Under the pieces are notes generated by a model. It did not search any database. It worked only from the letters and a program-made list of their open reading frames with translations, and was not told where the DNA came from. The position numbers and the translations under genes were made by a program. Shown piece by piece: positions 20,605-30,696 of a DNA stretch of 49,531 bases; within the stretch, counting starts at the first letter, position 1, and each line of letters begins with the position of its first letter. The DNA comes from Gammaproteobacteria bacterium. Its GTDB lineage: Bacteria > Pseudomonadota > Gammaproteobacteria > SZUA-229. Where the stretch lies: assembly GCA_013042055.1 (NCBI GenBank), contig JABDQW010000024.1, forward strand, positions 1 to 49,531, given 5' to 3'.

Positions 20605-21387
20605 CTAAACCACCTTGTTGATCAGATTGATGGCTTCGAGCATCATCCGGCTCAGATGATCGGTGATACTGGGCAAAGTCAGAATGATAAAGGCCAAGCC
20701 GACCAGAATCATGACCGGGAACCCAACCGCAAAAATGTTCAGTTGCGGCGCCGCACGTGAAGCAACGCCGAATGCAAGATTGACCAGCAATAGTGCAGCT
20801 ACTGCCGGTAATGCGACCAGCATTCCACCAAGGAACATGTTGCTGCCCCAGGTGACGAGTTGCCACAAGCCATCCTGCGAGATCACGACGGGACCGACCG
20901 GGAGCCGTTGGAAGCTATCGGCGAGCACCTCGATCAGCAGTAAATGGCCGTTGAGTGCCAGGAATACCAGTGTCACCATGATCAAGAACGCCTGACTGAC
21001 GACTGGCACCTGCACGCCATTCTGCGGATCAATGATGGAAGCAAAGCCCAAGCCCATGGCCATTGCAATGCTTTGACCCGCGATAACGAATGCAGAAAAG
21101 ACCATTTGCAGGATAAATCCCATAGCGACACCGATCAGCACCTGGTACACACTGATCAGCAGCGCCTGCGCACTGATCAGATCCACAACGGGTGGCTTCG
21201 GAATAACCGGTAGCAGGATCCAGGCGATAAAAAACGCCAGTAGAACTCGAATCCTGACCGGTACACTGCGTGCGGAAAATATCGGTAGAGCCGCGAACAT
21301 TGCGCCAATTCGTATTAACGGCCATAATAGGCTCGCCAACCAGCCTGTCAGTTCTGTGCCGGTGATACTTATCGCCGCCGTCATCAT
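20605..21387 (-). CDS. fliR: flagellar export apparatus protein FliR
   Basis: The track ORF (20605-21681) carries a 98-aa Gly/Arg-rich extension that overlaps fliQ. The real start is MMTAAISITG at 21387, which forms an ATGA overlap with the fliQ stop. Confidence 0.9.
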   Translation of the reverse strand: MMTAAISITGTELTGWLASLLWPLIRIGAMFAALPIFSARSVPVRIRVLLAFFIAWILLPVIPKPPVVDLISAQALLISVYQVLIGVAMGFILQMVFSAFVIAGQSIAMAMGLGFASIIDPQNGVQVPVVSQAFLIMVTLVFLALNGHLLLIEVLADSFQRLPVGPVVISQDGLWQLVTWGSNMFLGGMLVALPAVAALLLVNLAFGVASRAAPQLNIFAVGFPVMILVGLAFIILTLPSITDHLSRMMLEAINLINKVV

Positions 21388-21653
21388 CCAATCAACTCGG
21401 GTATGCGTTCGATCAGATTGATTGCGAAGTCTGAAATCAGTCCCAGCATCCACGAGCCAGCCACGACAAGCGCCAGGCCCAGAACCGCGAGCTTGGGTAT
21501 AAACGTCAATGTCATTTCCTGGATCTGGGTCGCGGCCTGCACCATACCCACCAGCAAACCGACCACCAGCGCCGATATCAGCAAGGGTGCCGACAGCAAT
21601 GCAGTTACCCATAACGCCTCCTGGCCAACATCGAGTACCATTTCCGGTGTCAT
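21384..21653 (-). CDS. fliQ: flagellar export apparatus protein FliQ
   Basis: 89 aa with two TM helices, positioned between fliP and fliR. Confidence 0.93.
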   Translation of the reverse strand: MTPEMVLDVGQEALWVTALLSAPLLISALVVGLLVGMVQAATQIQEMTLTFIPKLAVLGLALVVAGSWMLGLISDFAINLIERIPELIG

Positions 21654-21698
21654 GACAGTCTCCGAATTTTAACCACAGCAAGCGGCTGCATCTTTACC

Positions 21699-22442
21699 TC
21701 AAACATAAAAGCTCGATGCCATCGTGCCCATCACCAGCGACCAGCCATCGATCAGGACAAACAACATCAATTTAAAAGGCAATGAAATAATCATCGGCGA
21801 AAGCATCATCATACCCATTGACATCAGTACACTGGCGACGACGAGATCGATAACGAGAAAAGGAATGAAAATCAGGAAGCCGATCTGAAAAGCCGTTTTC
21901 AATTCACTGGTGACGAAAGACGGTAATAACAGTGAAAAAGGCACTTTCTGCGCAGGGTCGAGCTTACCGTGACCAGCGATATCGGCAAACAGAGCTAGAT
22001 CAGTCTCACGCGTTTGCTGCAACATAAAATGATAGAACGGATCGGAGGCTTTTTCCATCGCGACTTCAGAACTCAGCTCTTCATCCAGATAGGGTTTGAT
22101 GCCGCTCTGATACGCGCTGGTAAATACGGGCGCCATGATAAAAAACGTCAGAAACAGTGACAGCCCTAACAGGATTTGGTTGGATGGCGTTTGTGCTGTG
22201 CCAAGCGCCTGGCGTAGAATCGACAGCACGATGATGATGCGCGTAAACGATGTCGTCATAATCAGTGCCGCCGGTAATAGGCTCAGCACTGTCATCAACG
22301 CGAGGATCTGTAGGGTCACCGAATAGGTTTCACCACCATCTTCACCCGGAGTCACCGTAAACGCCGTCAAGCCTTGGGCTGACCAAACGTCAGCCACCGG
22401 TAGCAGCATACACAGCAGCAGTAGCGTAAGCCTGGTCATCAT
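21699..22442 (-). CDS. fliP: flagellar export apparatus protein FliP
   Basis: 247 aa with a signal peptide and conserved FliP blocks (FTRIIIVLSILRQALG, MSMGMMMLSP). Confidence 0.96.
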   Translation of the reverse strand: MMTRLTLLLLCMLLPVADVWSAQGLTAFTVTPGEDGGETYSVTLQILALMTVLSLLPAALIMTTSFTRIIIVLSILRQALGTAQTPSNQILLGLSLFLTFFIMAPVFTSAYQSGIKPYLDEELSSEVAMEKASDPFYHFMLQQTRETDLALFADIAGHGKLDPAQKVPFSLLLPSFVTSELKTAFQIGFLIFIPFLVIDLVVASVLMSMGMMMLSPMIISLPFKLMLFVLIDGWSLVMGTMASSFYV

Positions 22443-22924
22443 CGACTCCTTGACAGTGCGGCATTTAACTTATCTGCGAAACCCTTCGAGAAAGGCAGAG
22501 CCGTCAGGCGATGATCGCTTGGATCCTGTCTTTCCAGTGGCTGCTCGAGTTGGTGCAGCATATTGATCTGCCCCGGCGCAACGCCAAGCAGTAGTTGGGT
22601 CGATCCGACTTGAACAAGAACCACCCGCTCGCGGGCTCCCAGACTGATACCACCCAGCACTTGTAGCGAACCATCCGACGATGACTGTAGGCGATTCACT
22701 CGCTTGGCCAGCCAGGCCAGTGCGACGATACAGAACAAGACGAACATCAGACCGAGAATGAGCTGCACAAGATAAGCTGAATTCAGGTTCTCGGCAGCCA
22801 TCGTTGTCGACTGCCGGGTTGTCGATACCATTGGATCGGCGGAGTCAGTCGCCATCACCTGACTCGGTATTGCGACGAGCATCAAGCCAATTCGATGGAG
22901 CCTGTGAACCTTCATGATCAACAT
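22439..22924 (-). CDS. fliO: flagellar protein FliO
   Basis: Single TM helix, then LQVLGGISLGARERVVLVQVGSTQLLLGV. It overlaps the fliP start by 4 nt. The exact start is uncertain. Confidence 0.8.
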   Translation of the reverse strand: MLIMKVHRLHRIGLMLVAIPSQVMATDSADPMVSTTRQSTTMAAENLNSAYLVQLILGLMFVLFCIVALAWLAKRVNRLQSSSDGSLQVLGGISLGARERVVLVQVGSTQLLLGVAPGQINMLHQLEQPLERQDPSDHRLTALPFSKGFADKLNAALSRSR

Positions 22925-22936
22925 CGACCTATGCCT

Positions 22937-23338
22937 TTAACGTAATTTCCGAACACGTTCTGCCGGGCTAATGACGTCAGTCAGCCGTATACCGAATTTT
23001 TCGTTGATGATGACAACTTCGCCATGTGCGATCAGTGTTCCATTGATCAATACATCCATGGGTTCACCGGCAATTCGATCGAGCTCCACAACAGAACCAC
23101 GAGTCAACGCTAACAGGTCTTGTATCGGCACCTCGGTGCGACCCACTTCCATCGATAGCGTCACCGGTATATCGAGAATCACATTAAGATTTGACTCATT
23201 CGCACCGACTGCACCCGCTTCATTGGCCAGGTCCTGGAATTCGGCACGTTCATACCCAGAATCACCCTGAGTGACCGCTTGCTCACCAGCTGCCGCTTGC
23301 TCCTCACTGCCTTGCGTTTCTGTTGACTGCTCACTCAT
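22937..23338 (-). CDS. fliN: flagellar motor switch protein FliN
   Basis: 133 aa with a C-terminal SpoA domain (ILDIPVTLSMEVGRT...LINGTLIAHGEVV). Confidence 0.95.
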   Translation of the reverse strand: MSEQSTETQGSEEQAAAGEQAVTQGDSGYERAEFQDLANEAGAVGANESNLNVILDIPVTLSMEVGRTEVPIQDLLALTRGSVVELDRIAGEPMDVLINGTLIAHGEVVIINEKFGIRLTDVISPAERVRKLR

Positions 23339-23355
23339 TTGTTGACTCCTGCTGG

Positions 23356-24336
23356 TTAATCATGAGAATAATCAGGACGTTCTATCGGCATCACGAACTG
23401 AACGGCGTTTTTACCATTGGAAACACCGATCACACCTCGAAAGATCGGCGTATTGGTCGCACGGACTGTAACCATTTCAGGTATATCGACGGGTATGACA
23501 TCACCTGGATTCAGCTTCAGCACTTCACTCAGGGTGAGTTTGGTATGTGCCATCGCACAATCAACGTCAACAATCGCCCGCTTTATGCCATCCTTCAATG
23601 CTCTTATCCACTCCTCGTCGATGCCGTTTTGTTCCGCACCGTTGGCATCAAGATCTTTGATCGGATCAAGCATTGCATTCGGCATGACGATGTGAAATGC
23701 CCCACTTCCGCCATCGAATGTCACGCTGAAACTTGACACAACCACGGTCTCATCCGAACTAACAATGCCGGCGAACTGGGCATCATGTTCCGATCTCAGA
23801 TAGACAAAATTGAGATTGAGCAGCGGCTCCCATGCGCTGACAAGATCCGTAAATGACATATCCAGCAAAAGTCGAATAACGCGATTCTCCGCTGGTGTGA
23901 ATTCACGATCGTCGATGTTGACCTGGTAGCGCCCATCCCCACCGAAATAGTTATCCACCGCGGTCAACACCAGTTCGGTTTCGATCACAAACAAACCAGT
24001 ACCATGCAACGGATTGATATTGATCAGGTTCAGATTGGTCGGTACTTTCAGGCTGGTGGCAAAATCACCGAATCGATGTAGCTTGATGCCCTCAGCTGAG
24101 ACTTCGACAGCACGCCTCAACATAGTGGAGAGATTCTTTTCGAAGGAGCGCGCAAAACGTCCATTGACCATATCCATGGCCGGCAAATGAACACCGTGAG
24201 TCAGGTCCTGGACGCCAAGTTCATACGGCATGACTTCGCCACTGGTTGCTGTTCGCTTCGAATTTGTGTCAATTTCACCACTGTCGACGCCCTTTAACAG
24301 CGTGTCGATTTCTTCTTGTGATAAGTGTTCATTCAC
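23356..24336 (-). CDS. fliM: flagellar motor switch protein FliM
   Basis: 326 aa with the N-terminal CheY-P binding peptide LSQEEIDTLL. Confidence 0.95.
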   Translation of the reverse strand: MNEHLSQEEIDTLLKGVDSGEIDTNSKRTATSGEVMPYELGVQDLTHGVHLPAMDMVNGRFARSFEKNLSTMLRRAVEVSAEGIKLHRFGDFATSLKVPTNLNLININPLHGTGLFVIETELVLTAVDNYFGGDGRYQVNIDDREFTPAENRVIRLLLDMSFTDLVSAWEPLLNLNFVYLRSEHDAQFAGIVSSDETVVVSSFSVTFDGGSGAFHIVMPNAMLDPIKDLDANGAEQNGIDEEWIRALKDGIKRAIVDVDCAMAHTKLTLSEVLKLNPGDVIPVDIPEMVTVRATNTPIFRGVIGVSNGKNAVQFVMPIERPDYSHD

Positions 24337-24345
24337 GCTGACTAC

Positions 24346-24867
24346 TCACTGAATGACGAAAGAATTGTAATAAGCAGTTTCAACCCCTGATTTGGCACCT
24401 ATCGACTCCAAAGTCTTGTTGATATCCTCGGCCATCTCTACAAGTAACTGCTCCTTACCTTCGCGGGTAGTCATTTTCTCGGAAGTTTGATTGTCGATCA
24501 GCATTAACAGATTGCTGCGGACCGCCGGACTGTGCTCTTTGATCTCGCTGATGACTTCACTGTCACGCGTCATGATTTCGAAGGAAAATTGCATAAACCG
24601 CGCCTTTTTCTGATCGCGGAAGCTGACGACGAACTTAGGATCCATGGAATGGTATATCGGTGGTTCATTCGCTGCAGCCGCGGAGGCTTCGCCGCTAACA
24701 TCTTCGCCAGTTGCCTGTTGTGCGTTATCGTCACCACCGAGTAAAAGCACGACGCCACCGGCGATGCCACCACTCAGCACGATCGACAACACAACCGCTA
24801 TGATGACGATTTTCATCGTCGAGTTGCCCGCGCTTTTACCACTGCCCTCGTTTTCTTCTTCTGCCAT
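24346..24867 (-). CDS. fliL: flagellar basal-body-associated protein FliL
   Basis: Single TM helix plus a FliL domain (YHSMDPKFVVSF). I prefer the start at MAEEENEG (24867), which has an upstream GAAGG, over the track start at 24882. Confidence 0.88.
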   Translation of the reverse strand: MAEEENEGSGKSAGNSTMKIVIIAVVLSIVLSGGIAGGVVLLLGGDDNAQQATGEDVSGEASAAAANEPPIYHSMDPKFVVSFRDQKKARFMQFSFEIMTRDSEVISEIKEHSPAVRSNLLMLIDNQTSEKMTTREGKEQLLVEMAEDINKTLESIGAKSGVETAYYNSFVIQ

Positions 24868-24945
24868 AGCCTTCACTACCATCTACAAGTAAAAAGTTTC
24901 CCTGTTGATTTTTGTCTGACTTCATTGTCTAGTGTCTAACATTGA

Positions 24946-24960
24946 GCAAATCCCATGCCA
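24946..24960 (-). promoter_or_regulatory. sigma-54 promoter upstream of fliL
   Basis: The minus strand reads TGGCAT-GGGAT-TTGC with correct GG-N10-GC spacing, about 80 nt upstream of the fliL ATG. Confidence 0.65.
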
Positions 24961-25142
24961 GGATGCAACACCAATACATTGTTTTATTTTTCAGCGACTT
25001 ATAAACGGCGTTTTATCGGGTGATAGATTTTTGGCTCGATGAACAAAACCGCATGCCAGAAACTTGACGGGAGGGGCACGGTAACTGAAGCGCACTGGTG
25101 TAGGTATTGCGTAGTTCGTTGATGTACCGGCTACTACAGGTG

Positions 25143-25287
25143 TTTAACCGCAGAGTCGCGGAAGCGCAGAGAAAGCTTAGGTTTTTTTTGGCGCGACTTT
25201 AGTCGCGAATTGTCGATGTGATCCGTAATAGTAGTCATCCAGGCAATGAAAATCTTGGCCTTTGCGCCTCCGCGTCTCTGCGGTAAA
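25143..25287. repeat. MITE/REP-like element, related to 10245-10401
   Basis: Left end TTTAACCGCAGAG; right end GCGCCTCCGCGTCTCTGCGGTAAAT; internal hairpin CGCGACT-TT-AGTCGCG (25192-25207). It shares its termini and the GCGACTxxAGTCGC core with the mutL-miaA element. Confidence 0.75.
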
Positions 25288-25302
25288 TAAATAATTTACA
25301 GC

Positions 25303-25761
25303 TCAGCGTTGCTTGTCGTACAAAATAACCGGATAGATATCCGGCATGTAGTGTTCTGGCGGATAGGTGTACGGCCGACCTGACTCGTATCCGCGCGGCC
25401 GGTAGGCGTTATCGTTGCTTCTTGTCGAGTACGTCCGGTAACGCTTGCCCCGGCGCATTGAATCGATATTAGTGTGTAGCTCCAGATCGAATGATATTTT
25501 CTGCGTCAAGACATCATTTTTCTCCGGCAGCCCTTCGACAACATAGTAAGCCGTTCTGCCCTGCTCGTCCTTGTCCGCGATGACATGCATTTCAACGTGA
25601 ACGTTCTTGATCATCGCTGGAACCGGGTATTCGCCAGACTGCTGCTCGAAACTGAGCAACTGCTGGCGAACATCACGCAGAAAATCCATCATCGGCAGTT
25701 TATCGGCTGCTTGCACAGCCGTAGTCAAACCGATGAGTAGGACAATAGTCGTTACACGCAT
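25303..25761 (-). CDS. hypothetical secreted protein (about 152 aa)
   Basis: I place the start at MRVTTIVLLIGLTTAVQA-AD, a classical signal peptide, so the gene does not overlap fliK. The C-terminus is Arg/Tyr/Pro-rich. No family recognised. Confidence 0.6.
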   Translation of the reverse strand: MRVTTIVLLIGLTTAVQAADKLPMMDFLRDVRQQLLSFEQQSGEYPVPAMIKNVHVEMHVIADKDEQGRTAYYVVEGLPEKNDVLTQKISFDLELHTNIDSMRRGKRYRTYSTRSNDNAYRPRGYESGRPYTYPPEHYMPDIYPVILYDKQR

Positions 25762-25774
25762 GCAGGCATTTGAC

Positions 25775-27175
25775 CTATATATAGTAATCAACCAGACCCG
25801 AATTGGACGCATCACTGATCGCTTGCGTCAGCGGCACCTGTCCGGTATCGTCCGGCAGTTGGTCATCCCTGGCCTCAAACGAACGACCCGAGCTAAGCCC
25901 GCTGTTATTCTGATCCGCCTGCGCGAAGGCATTTTGACGCTGCTCTGCGAACGAGTGTTGCGAAACATCTGTATTCGACAAGTTCAGGCCTTTTTCCTCC
26001 AGCATCTCGCGTAGCCTGGGCAACGCTTGCTCGACGGCTTCCCTGACGTCTGCATGACGACTGCTGAAGGCAACGTTCACCTGATCGTTGTCCATGTCAA
26101 TGCGTACTTCAAGCGGGCCCAGGTGAGCTGGATTGAGTTTGATCTCGGCTCTGCTGATATTCTGATTCACCATCCACAGAATTTGTTTACCCATACCTTG
26201 GCCCCAATCAGATTTACCCATAGTCTCAGGGATGAATGACTGACTGTTTGTGGTCATCGATTCCGCCGGCACAGCCGTCTGAGGTAACGGCGTACGCAAG
26301 AGTGAGGTGTTCAAGACGTCGGACGACGCAGGCGACGCCGTATTCAATACGGTCTCCGCGACCAGTTTTTGGCTGGTCAGCTCAAGCGCGGAACTGACAC
26401 TCACCGCTTGCATGCGCGATGTAAACAGGCGGTCTGTTTCATTGAGTGCGCCCCCTGCTGTCATTGCCTGCTGACGATCGCCCAACTCACCCTGGCCGAG
26501 TGACTGCGTCAGCTTGGATCTCACTGCCAGATCACGCTTTATCGGATCGGTGGTCTGCTCGAGGTCCTGCGACAACGCGAGCGGGCGCATTGTCGGCAGC
26601 TGCGTCATCACCGGTGTTTCTGAAGTGTTCATCACGTTCATGCTTTGCATGGTGTCTCGTGCGATCAGCTGTTCTGCAGCTACGGACTTGTTCACCATCG
26701 TCAGCGACCTGTCAGTTGCTGAAATATCAACTAACTGCGATGTGGTCCTCGCAATCACATTGTTCGGTTCGGCTAAGGCAGCGGTAGTGGCCGGCATATC
26801 GAAGGGTGCTGTGACTGTCAGTGTTGTTGCCAGCGGTAACGCGCTTGTCAATGCCGCATCGGCATCTGTTTGCGTTTGCCCCTCAGCGACCGACGGCGAT
26901 ATAGTCGAACGGATCGATTCTGCCGCCTGTGTCGATAGCGGCAATGTCTTGCCGCTGTCGCCCGCTGGTATCACCGTGTCATCCGGTGTCAGACGCGCCT
27001 GCACCAAATCGTTGAGCGAGTCGATGAAAGTAGCGGCAGCTTCCGGCTGATCAGCCGAAACGCCGCTGGTTGTCCCATTCAGACTGGACTCTGCGACGGC
27101 TTTCATGGCCGCGGTTGTTGTCAGATCGCTGCTCGCATGAGTTTGGAGTGACGTCAACGGCAGTAGGTCTTTCAT
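25775..27175 (-). CDS. fliK: flagellar hook-length control protein FliK
   Basis: 466 aa. The N-terminal two-thirds are low-complexity Ser/Thr/Ala/Gln-rich. The conserved C-terminal Flg_hook domain reads AEIKLNPAHLGPLEVRIDMDNDQVNVAFSSRHADVREAVEQALPRLREML. Confidence 0.88.
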   Translation of the reverse strand: MKDLLPLTSLQTHASSDLTTTAAMKAVAESSLNGTTSGVSADQPEAAATFIDSLNDLVQARLTPDDTVIPAGDSGKTLPLSTQAAESIRSTISPSVAEGQTQTDADAALTSALPLATTLTVTAPFDMPATTAALAEPNNVIARTTSQLVDISATDRSLTMVNKSVAAEQLIARDTMQSMNVMNTSETPVMTQLPTMRPLALSQDLEQTTDPIKRDLAVRSKLTQSLGQGELGDRQQAMTAGGALNETDRLFTSRMQAVSVSSALELTSQKLVAETVLNTASPASSDVLNTSLLRTPLPQTAVPAESMTTNSQSFIPETMGKSDWGQGMGKQILWMVNQNISRAEIKLNPAHLGPLEVRIDMDNDQVNVAFSSRHADVREAVEQALPRLREMLEEKGLNLSNTDVSQHSFAEQRQNAFAQADQNNSGLSSGRSFEARDDQLPDDTGQVPLTQAISDASNSGLVDYYI

Positions 27176-27213
27176 TACGCTTCTCGAAGTTAGATATAAT
27201 CATCGTAAATAAT

Positions 27214-27228
27214 GCAAAGCGTGTGCCA
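27214..27228 (-). promoter_or_regulatory. sigma-54 promoter upstream of fliK
   Basis: The minus strand reads TGGCAC-ACGCT-TTGCA, a perfect consensus, about 40 nt upstream of the fliK ATG in the fliJ-fliK spacer. Confidence 0.8.
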
Positions 27229-27243
27229 ACACTAGCCTGCAGC

Positions 27244-27693
27244 TCAGTGGTCCGGGCGGTTCGGGTCAGTCGAACTCGTGGGGCGGTCATCGATCTCACG
27301 CTGTTCCTGTTCATCGCGTTTGCGGTTCTCGGCTTGCTTACGGTTATCAATTACTTTATCAATCATCTTGCTATGCCCATGTCTGTTATGCCATTCATTC
27401 TGACTATGTTGGCATTGCTGACGACTCGCTAACAGATGATGGCGTTGTTGCATGATTGCGTTATCCAGACGCCTTAAAAATAATTGGTAGTCTCTGAGCT
27501 TAACCACAGACAACCCCTGGGCGCCTGCCGCCTTGAAACCGGCAACGTATTGATCGCGATATTCGACCAAATCATCGAGATGTTTCTGCAACTGTTCGGC
27601 TCGACGCAAGCTGTCGCCCAACTGGCGGGCGGCTGTGCGTTCTTGCTGATGTGCAAACCGCGCTACCGGCTTTAGACGACGTGAGTTTTTCAT
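27244..27693 (-). CDS. fliJ: flagellar export chaperone FliJ
   Basis: 149-aa coiled-coil protein directly after fliI, with a 4-nt overlap. Confidence 0.85.
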   Translation of the reverse strand: MKNSRRLKPVARFAHQQERTAARQLGDSLRRAEQLQKHLDDLVEYRDQYVAGFKAAGAQGLSVVKLRDYQLFLRRLDNAIMQQRHHLLASRQQCQHSQNEWHNRHGHSKMIDKVIDNRKQAENRKRDEQEQREIDDRPTSSTDPNRPDH

Positions 27694-29090
27694 TGCTCAG
27701 CCCCGCTGTATTCAGGCTGACGTTGACCACCACCAAGCGTCTGCAACATTCTTTCCAGACTGTGCTCGAAGGAAACGGCTTCGCTGCTATCCTGCCGTAA
27801 AAATTGCATCAATCGAGGATAGTACATAATGGCTTCATCCACCTCGGCATTAATGCCACTTTGATAGGCACCGACACTGATTAAATCCTGGTTTTGCTGG
27901 TAGGCTGAATACAACCGTTTAAACCGGCTCGCAGCCGCCTGGTGTTCTGCCGACACGACATCGTTCATGACGCGGCTTACCGATGCCTCTACGTCGATCG
28001 CAGGATAATGACCTGATTCGGCTATTTTTCTTGACAGAACGATATGGCCATCGAGTACGGCACGCGAGGCATCGGCAATCGGGTCATTTTGATCGTCGCC
28101 TTCTGCAAGCACGGTATAGAAAGCGGTGATCGACCCGCCCATGTCACCGTTATTACCGGCACGTTCCACCAGCTGTGGCATCTTTGCGAACACCGACGGC
28201 GGATAGCCCTTGGTCGCTGGCGGCTCACCGATCGCCAGTGCAATTTCACGCTGCGCCTGTGCGAACCGTGTCAACGAATCCATCAATAACAAAACCTGCA
28301 GGCCTTGGTCGCGAAAGTATTCAGCGACTGTCGTCGCCAGCCAGGCACCGTGCATACGCATCAGCGGAGAATTATCAGCTGGACTGGCAACTACGACAGC
28401 ACGCGCCAGCCCCTGTTCGCCGAGAATGTTGTCCACGAAGTCCTTAACCTCACGACCGCGCTCACCAATCAGTCCGACCACAATGACGTCAGCGTCGGTG
28501 TAGCGGGTCATCATGCCCAATAGCACACTCTTGCCGACACCACTACCGGCAAACAGTCCCAGCCGCTGACCTCGCCCAACCGTCAGTAACGCGTTGATCG
28601 CCGACACGCCGACATCCAGTGGTTCGTTGATTGGCCATCGCGCCAGCGGGTTCACCGGCCGACCAGCCAACGGCATGCTGCTGTTGCAGCGCAGCGCACC
28701 TTTGCCATCGAGCGGTTTTCCGGCGGCATCAATGACACGGCCCAGCAATTGATCACCGACACTGGCCTCGTACATTCCGCGACCGGGAATGACACGCGCA
28801 TTCGGATACAAACCACGAATATCGCTGGTCGGCATCAGATAAAGACGCTCACCAGCAAAACCCACAACTTCAGCTTCTATCTGCCCCTCAGGGGAAGAGA
28901 CCATACAACGTGAGCCAATCGCCGCTTGGCAACCAACCGCTTCCAGGGTCAGGCCAACCATACGCGTCAGTTTTCCTTCGACGGTCAAGGGCACCTTATG
29001 ATGTGCCCGCGAGGCGTAGTTCCGCAAACTCTCGCACCATATCGGACTGCGTTGTAGTTGAGGCTCTCCTGATGCAGTCACGATAGTCAA
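27690..29090 (-). CDS. fliI: flagellum-specific ATPase FliI
   Basis: 466 aa with Walker A GSGVGKS and an F1-ATPase beta-like core. Confidence 0.96.
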   Translation of the reverse strand: MTIVTASGEPQLQRSPIWCESLRNYASRAHHKVPLTVEGKLTRMVGLTLEAVGCQAAIGSRCMVSSPEGQIEAEVVGFAGERLYLMPTSDIRGLYPNARVIPGRGMYEASVGDQLLGRVIDAAGKPLDGKGALRCNSSMPLAGRPVNPLARWPINEPLDVGVSAINALLTVGRGQRLGLFAGSGVGKSVLLGMMTRYTDADVIVVGLIGERGREVKDFVDNILGEQGLARAVVVASPADNSPLMRMHGAWLATTVAEYFRDQGLQVLLLMDSLTRFAQAQREIALAIGEPPATKGYPPSVFAKMPQLVERAGNNGDMGGSITAFYTVLAEGDDQNDPIADASRAVLDGHIVLSRKIAESGHYPAIDVEASVSRVMNDVVSAEHQAAASRFKRLYSAYQQNQDLISVGAYQSGINAEVDEAIMYYPRLMQFLRQDSSEAVSFEHSLERMLQTLGGGQRQPEYSGAEQ

Positions 29091-29701
29091 TCCACCTCGC
29101 GTTCGCCACCCATCACTGCGGCGATGGCGGCGTTAACACGGTTCTCAACGGTGGCGTCGATGCTCGATGTATTCGTCGAAACACGGCACCCTCCCCGACT
29201 CAGCAGCGGATCTTCGGTGATCTGCCAAGCTGTATCGGCATCCGGCGGTAACAGTGCATTACGCACCAAGGCAGCATCCTCGGGGTGTAGTTCCAGGCTG
29301 ATATCACTTGCGCTGACCGGCAACAGACTGACCGCCTCCTTGACAACAGCAACAATTTCTCCAGGTGATGTTTTCAGTTCACGCCGTATGATCTGACGGG
29401 CGACTGCCATCGACAAATCGACCAGTTCATCGACAACCTGTTTGTCCAGCTCACGCAACGGCATCGCTAGAGCACTGATCAAGGACCGTAAATACTTGAG
29501 ATTATCACTGGCATCTTTCTGCGCCTGATTCATTCCTTCGGCATAGCCCTGGTTAAAACCCTGGTCGAAAGCCTCCTGCTCGATCTGGCTTTGTTCTCTG
29601 CTGGTGCGCATACGGTTGGCACCGGCTGCGGATTGATCGAAATGCGGCGCCTGCCAGGGCAGACACTTACCGGAAGAGTCACCGTCCAGGACCTTAGACA
29701 T
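29087..29701 (-). CDS. fliH: flagellar assembly protein FliH
   Basis: 204 aa, lying between fliG and fliI with overlapping stop and start codons on both sides. Confidence 0.85.
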   Translation of the reverse strand: MSKVLDGDSSGKCLPWQAPHFDQSAAGANRMRTSREQSQIEQEAFDQGFNQGYAEGMNQAQKDASDNLKYLRSLISALAMPLRELDKQVVDELVDLSMAVARQIIRRELKTSPGEIVAVVKEAVSLLPVSASDISLELHPEDAALVRNALLPPDADTAWQITEDPLLSRGGCRVSTNTSSIDATVENRVNAAIAAVMGGEREVD

Positions 29702-30695
29702 ATTCGCTATCTCCCTTGCCGCCTAATGAGATATCCCCTGCCTCAGCCATCCGTGTGGCCACATCAAGTATTTCTTTCTGCGCCACTTCAACGTCTTTGA
29801 GCCGTACCGGTCCTTTGGCATCGAGATCCTCGCGCATCATTTCTGCGGCGCGCGACGACATGTTGCTGAAGATCTTGTCCTTCATCGCATCATCGGCACC
29901 TTTGAGTGCAACAATCAGCGTATCGGACTGTACTTCACGCAGAATCGACTGAATACCGCGATCATCCGCTGCGAGCAGATTTTCAAACACAAACATCTTG
30001 TCGCTGATTTCCTGAGCGAGTTCAGCATCCTTCTCGGTAATCGCCGCTGTGATTGCCGCCTCTGCGTCGCTGTCCACTAAATTCAGAATACTGGCCGCGG
30101 TTTTGATGCCGCCCACGCCTGTGCTCTGGGCACTGGTGCTGTTGCTGAGCTGTTTCTCCAGTACTTCGTTCAGTTCATCCAGCGCACTTGGCGATACGTC
30201 ATCCAGTGTTGCGATTCGCATCAGCACGTCCGAGCGACTGGCCTCAGGCACGTGCATCAAAATCTCGGCAGCAAGGTCACTTTCCATAGTAGACAGAACG
30301 ATGGCGATAATTTGCGGGTGTTCCTTCGATATCACGTCGGCGACCACGCGAGGATCCATCCACTTCAATGATTCAAGCCCCTTGTTTGTTTTGCCTTCGA
30401 GGATACGATCCAGCAGCCCCGTCGCTTTATCCTCGCCAAGCGCAGCAATCAGGACTTTGCGTACATAGTCGATCGAATCGACAGCAACGGCTGACTTATT
30501 CTGCATGAACTCAGCAAACGCCCCAAGGACCGCTTCGACTTTCTCATTCGACACGTCGCTCAGTGATGCCATAGCCGAACCGATCTCCTGCACTTCTCTG
30601 GGTCCCATATGCTTCAGCACCTCAGCGGCACCCTGTTCACCGAGACTCATCATGAAGATTGCAGCACGTTCTGGCCCTGAGATGTTGTCCGCCAC
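29694..30695 (-). CDS. fliG: flagellar motor switch protein FliG
   Basis: 333 aa. GPERAAIFMMSLGE plus C-terminal torque-helix region motifs. Confidence 0.95.
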   Translation of the reverse strand: MADNISGPERAAIFMMSLGEQGAAEVLKHMGPREVQEIGSAMASLSDVSNEKVEAVLGAFAEFMQNKSAVAVDSIDYVRKVLIAALGEDKATGLLDRILEGKTNKGLESLKWMDPRVVADVISKEHPQIIAIVLSTMESDLAAEILMHVPEASRSDVLMRIATLDDVSPSALDELNEVLEKQLSNSTSAQSTGVGGIKTAASILNLVDSDAEAAITAAITEKDAELAQEISDKMFVFENLLAADDRGIQSILREVQSDTLIVALKGADDAMKDKIFSNMSSRAAEMMREDLDAKGPVRLKDVEVAQKEILDVATRMAEAGDISLGGKGDSEYV

Positions 30696-30696
30696 C

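Noticed and set aside
21388-21681. 98-aa N-terminal extension of the fliR ORF that overlaps all of fliQ.
   Set aside because: The extension is Gly/Arg/Asp-rich and lies out of frame over the conserved fliQ. The internal MMTAAISITG start gives a normal-length FliR and an ATGA junction with fliQ.
25044-25058. Second sigma-54-like site upstream of fliL (minus strand TGGCAT-GCGGT-TTTG).
   Set aside because: It lacks the conserved GC of the -12 element. The site at 24946-24960 is a much better match and is better placed.
25688-25700. GCCGATAA (a sigma-28 -10-like box, minus strand) inside the orphan secreted-protein gene.
   Set aside because: There is no TAAAG-like -35 box at the required 15-nt spacing, and the site lies within coding sequence.
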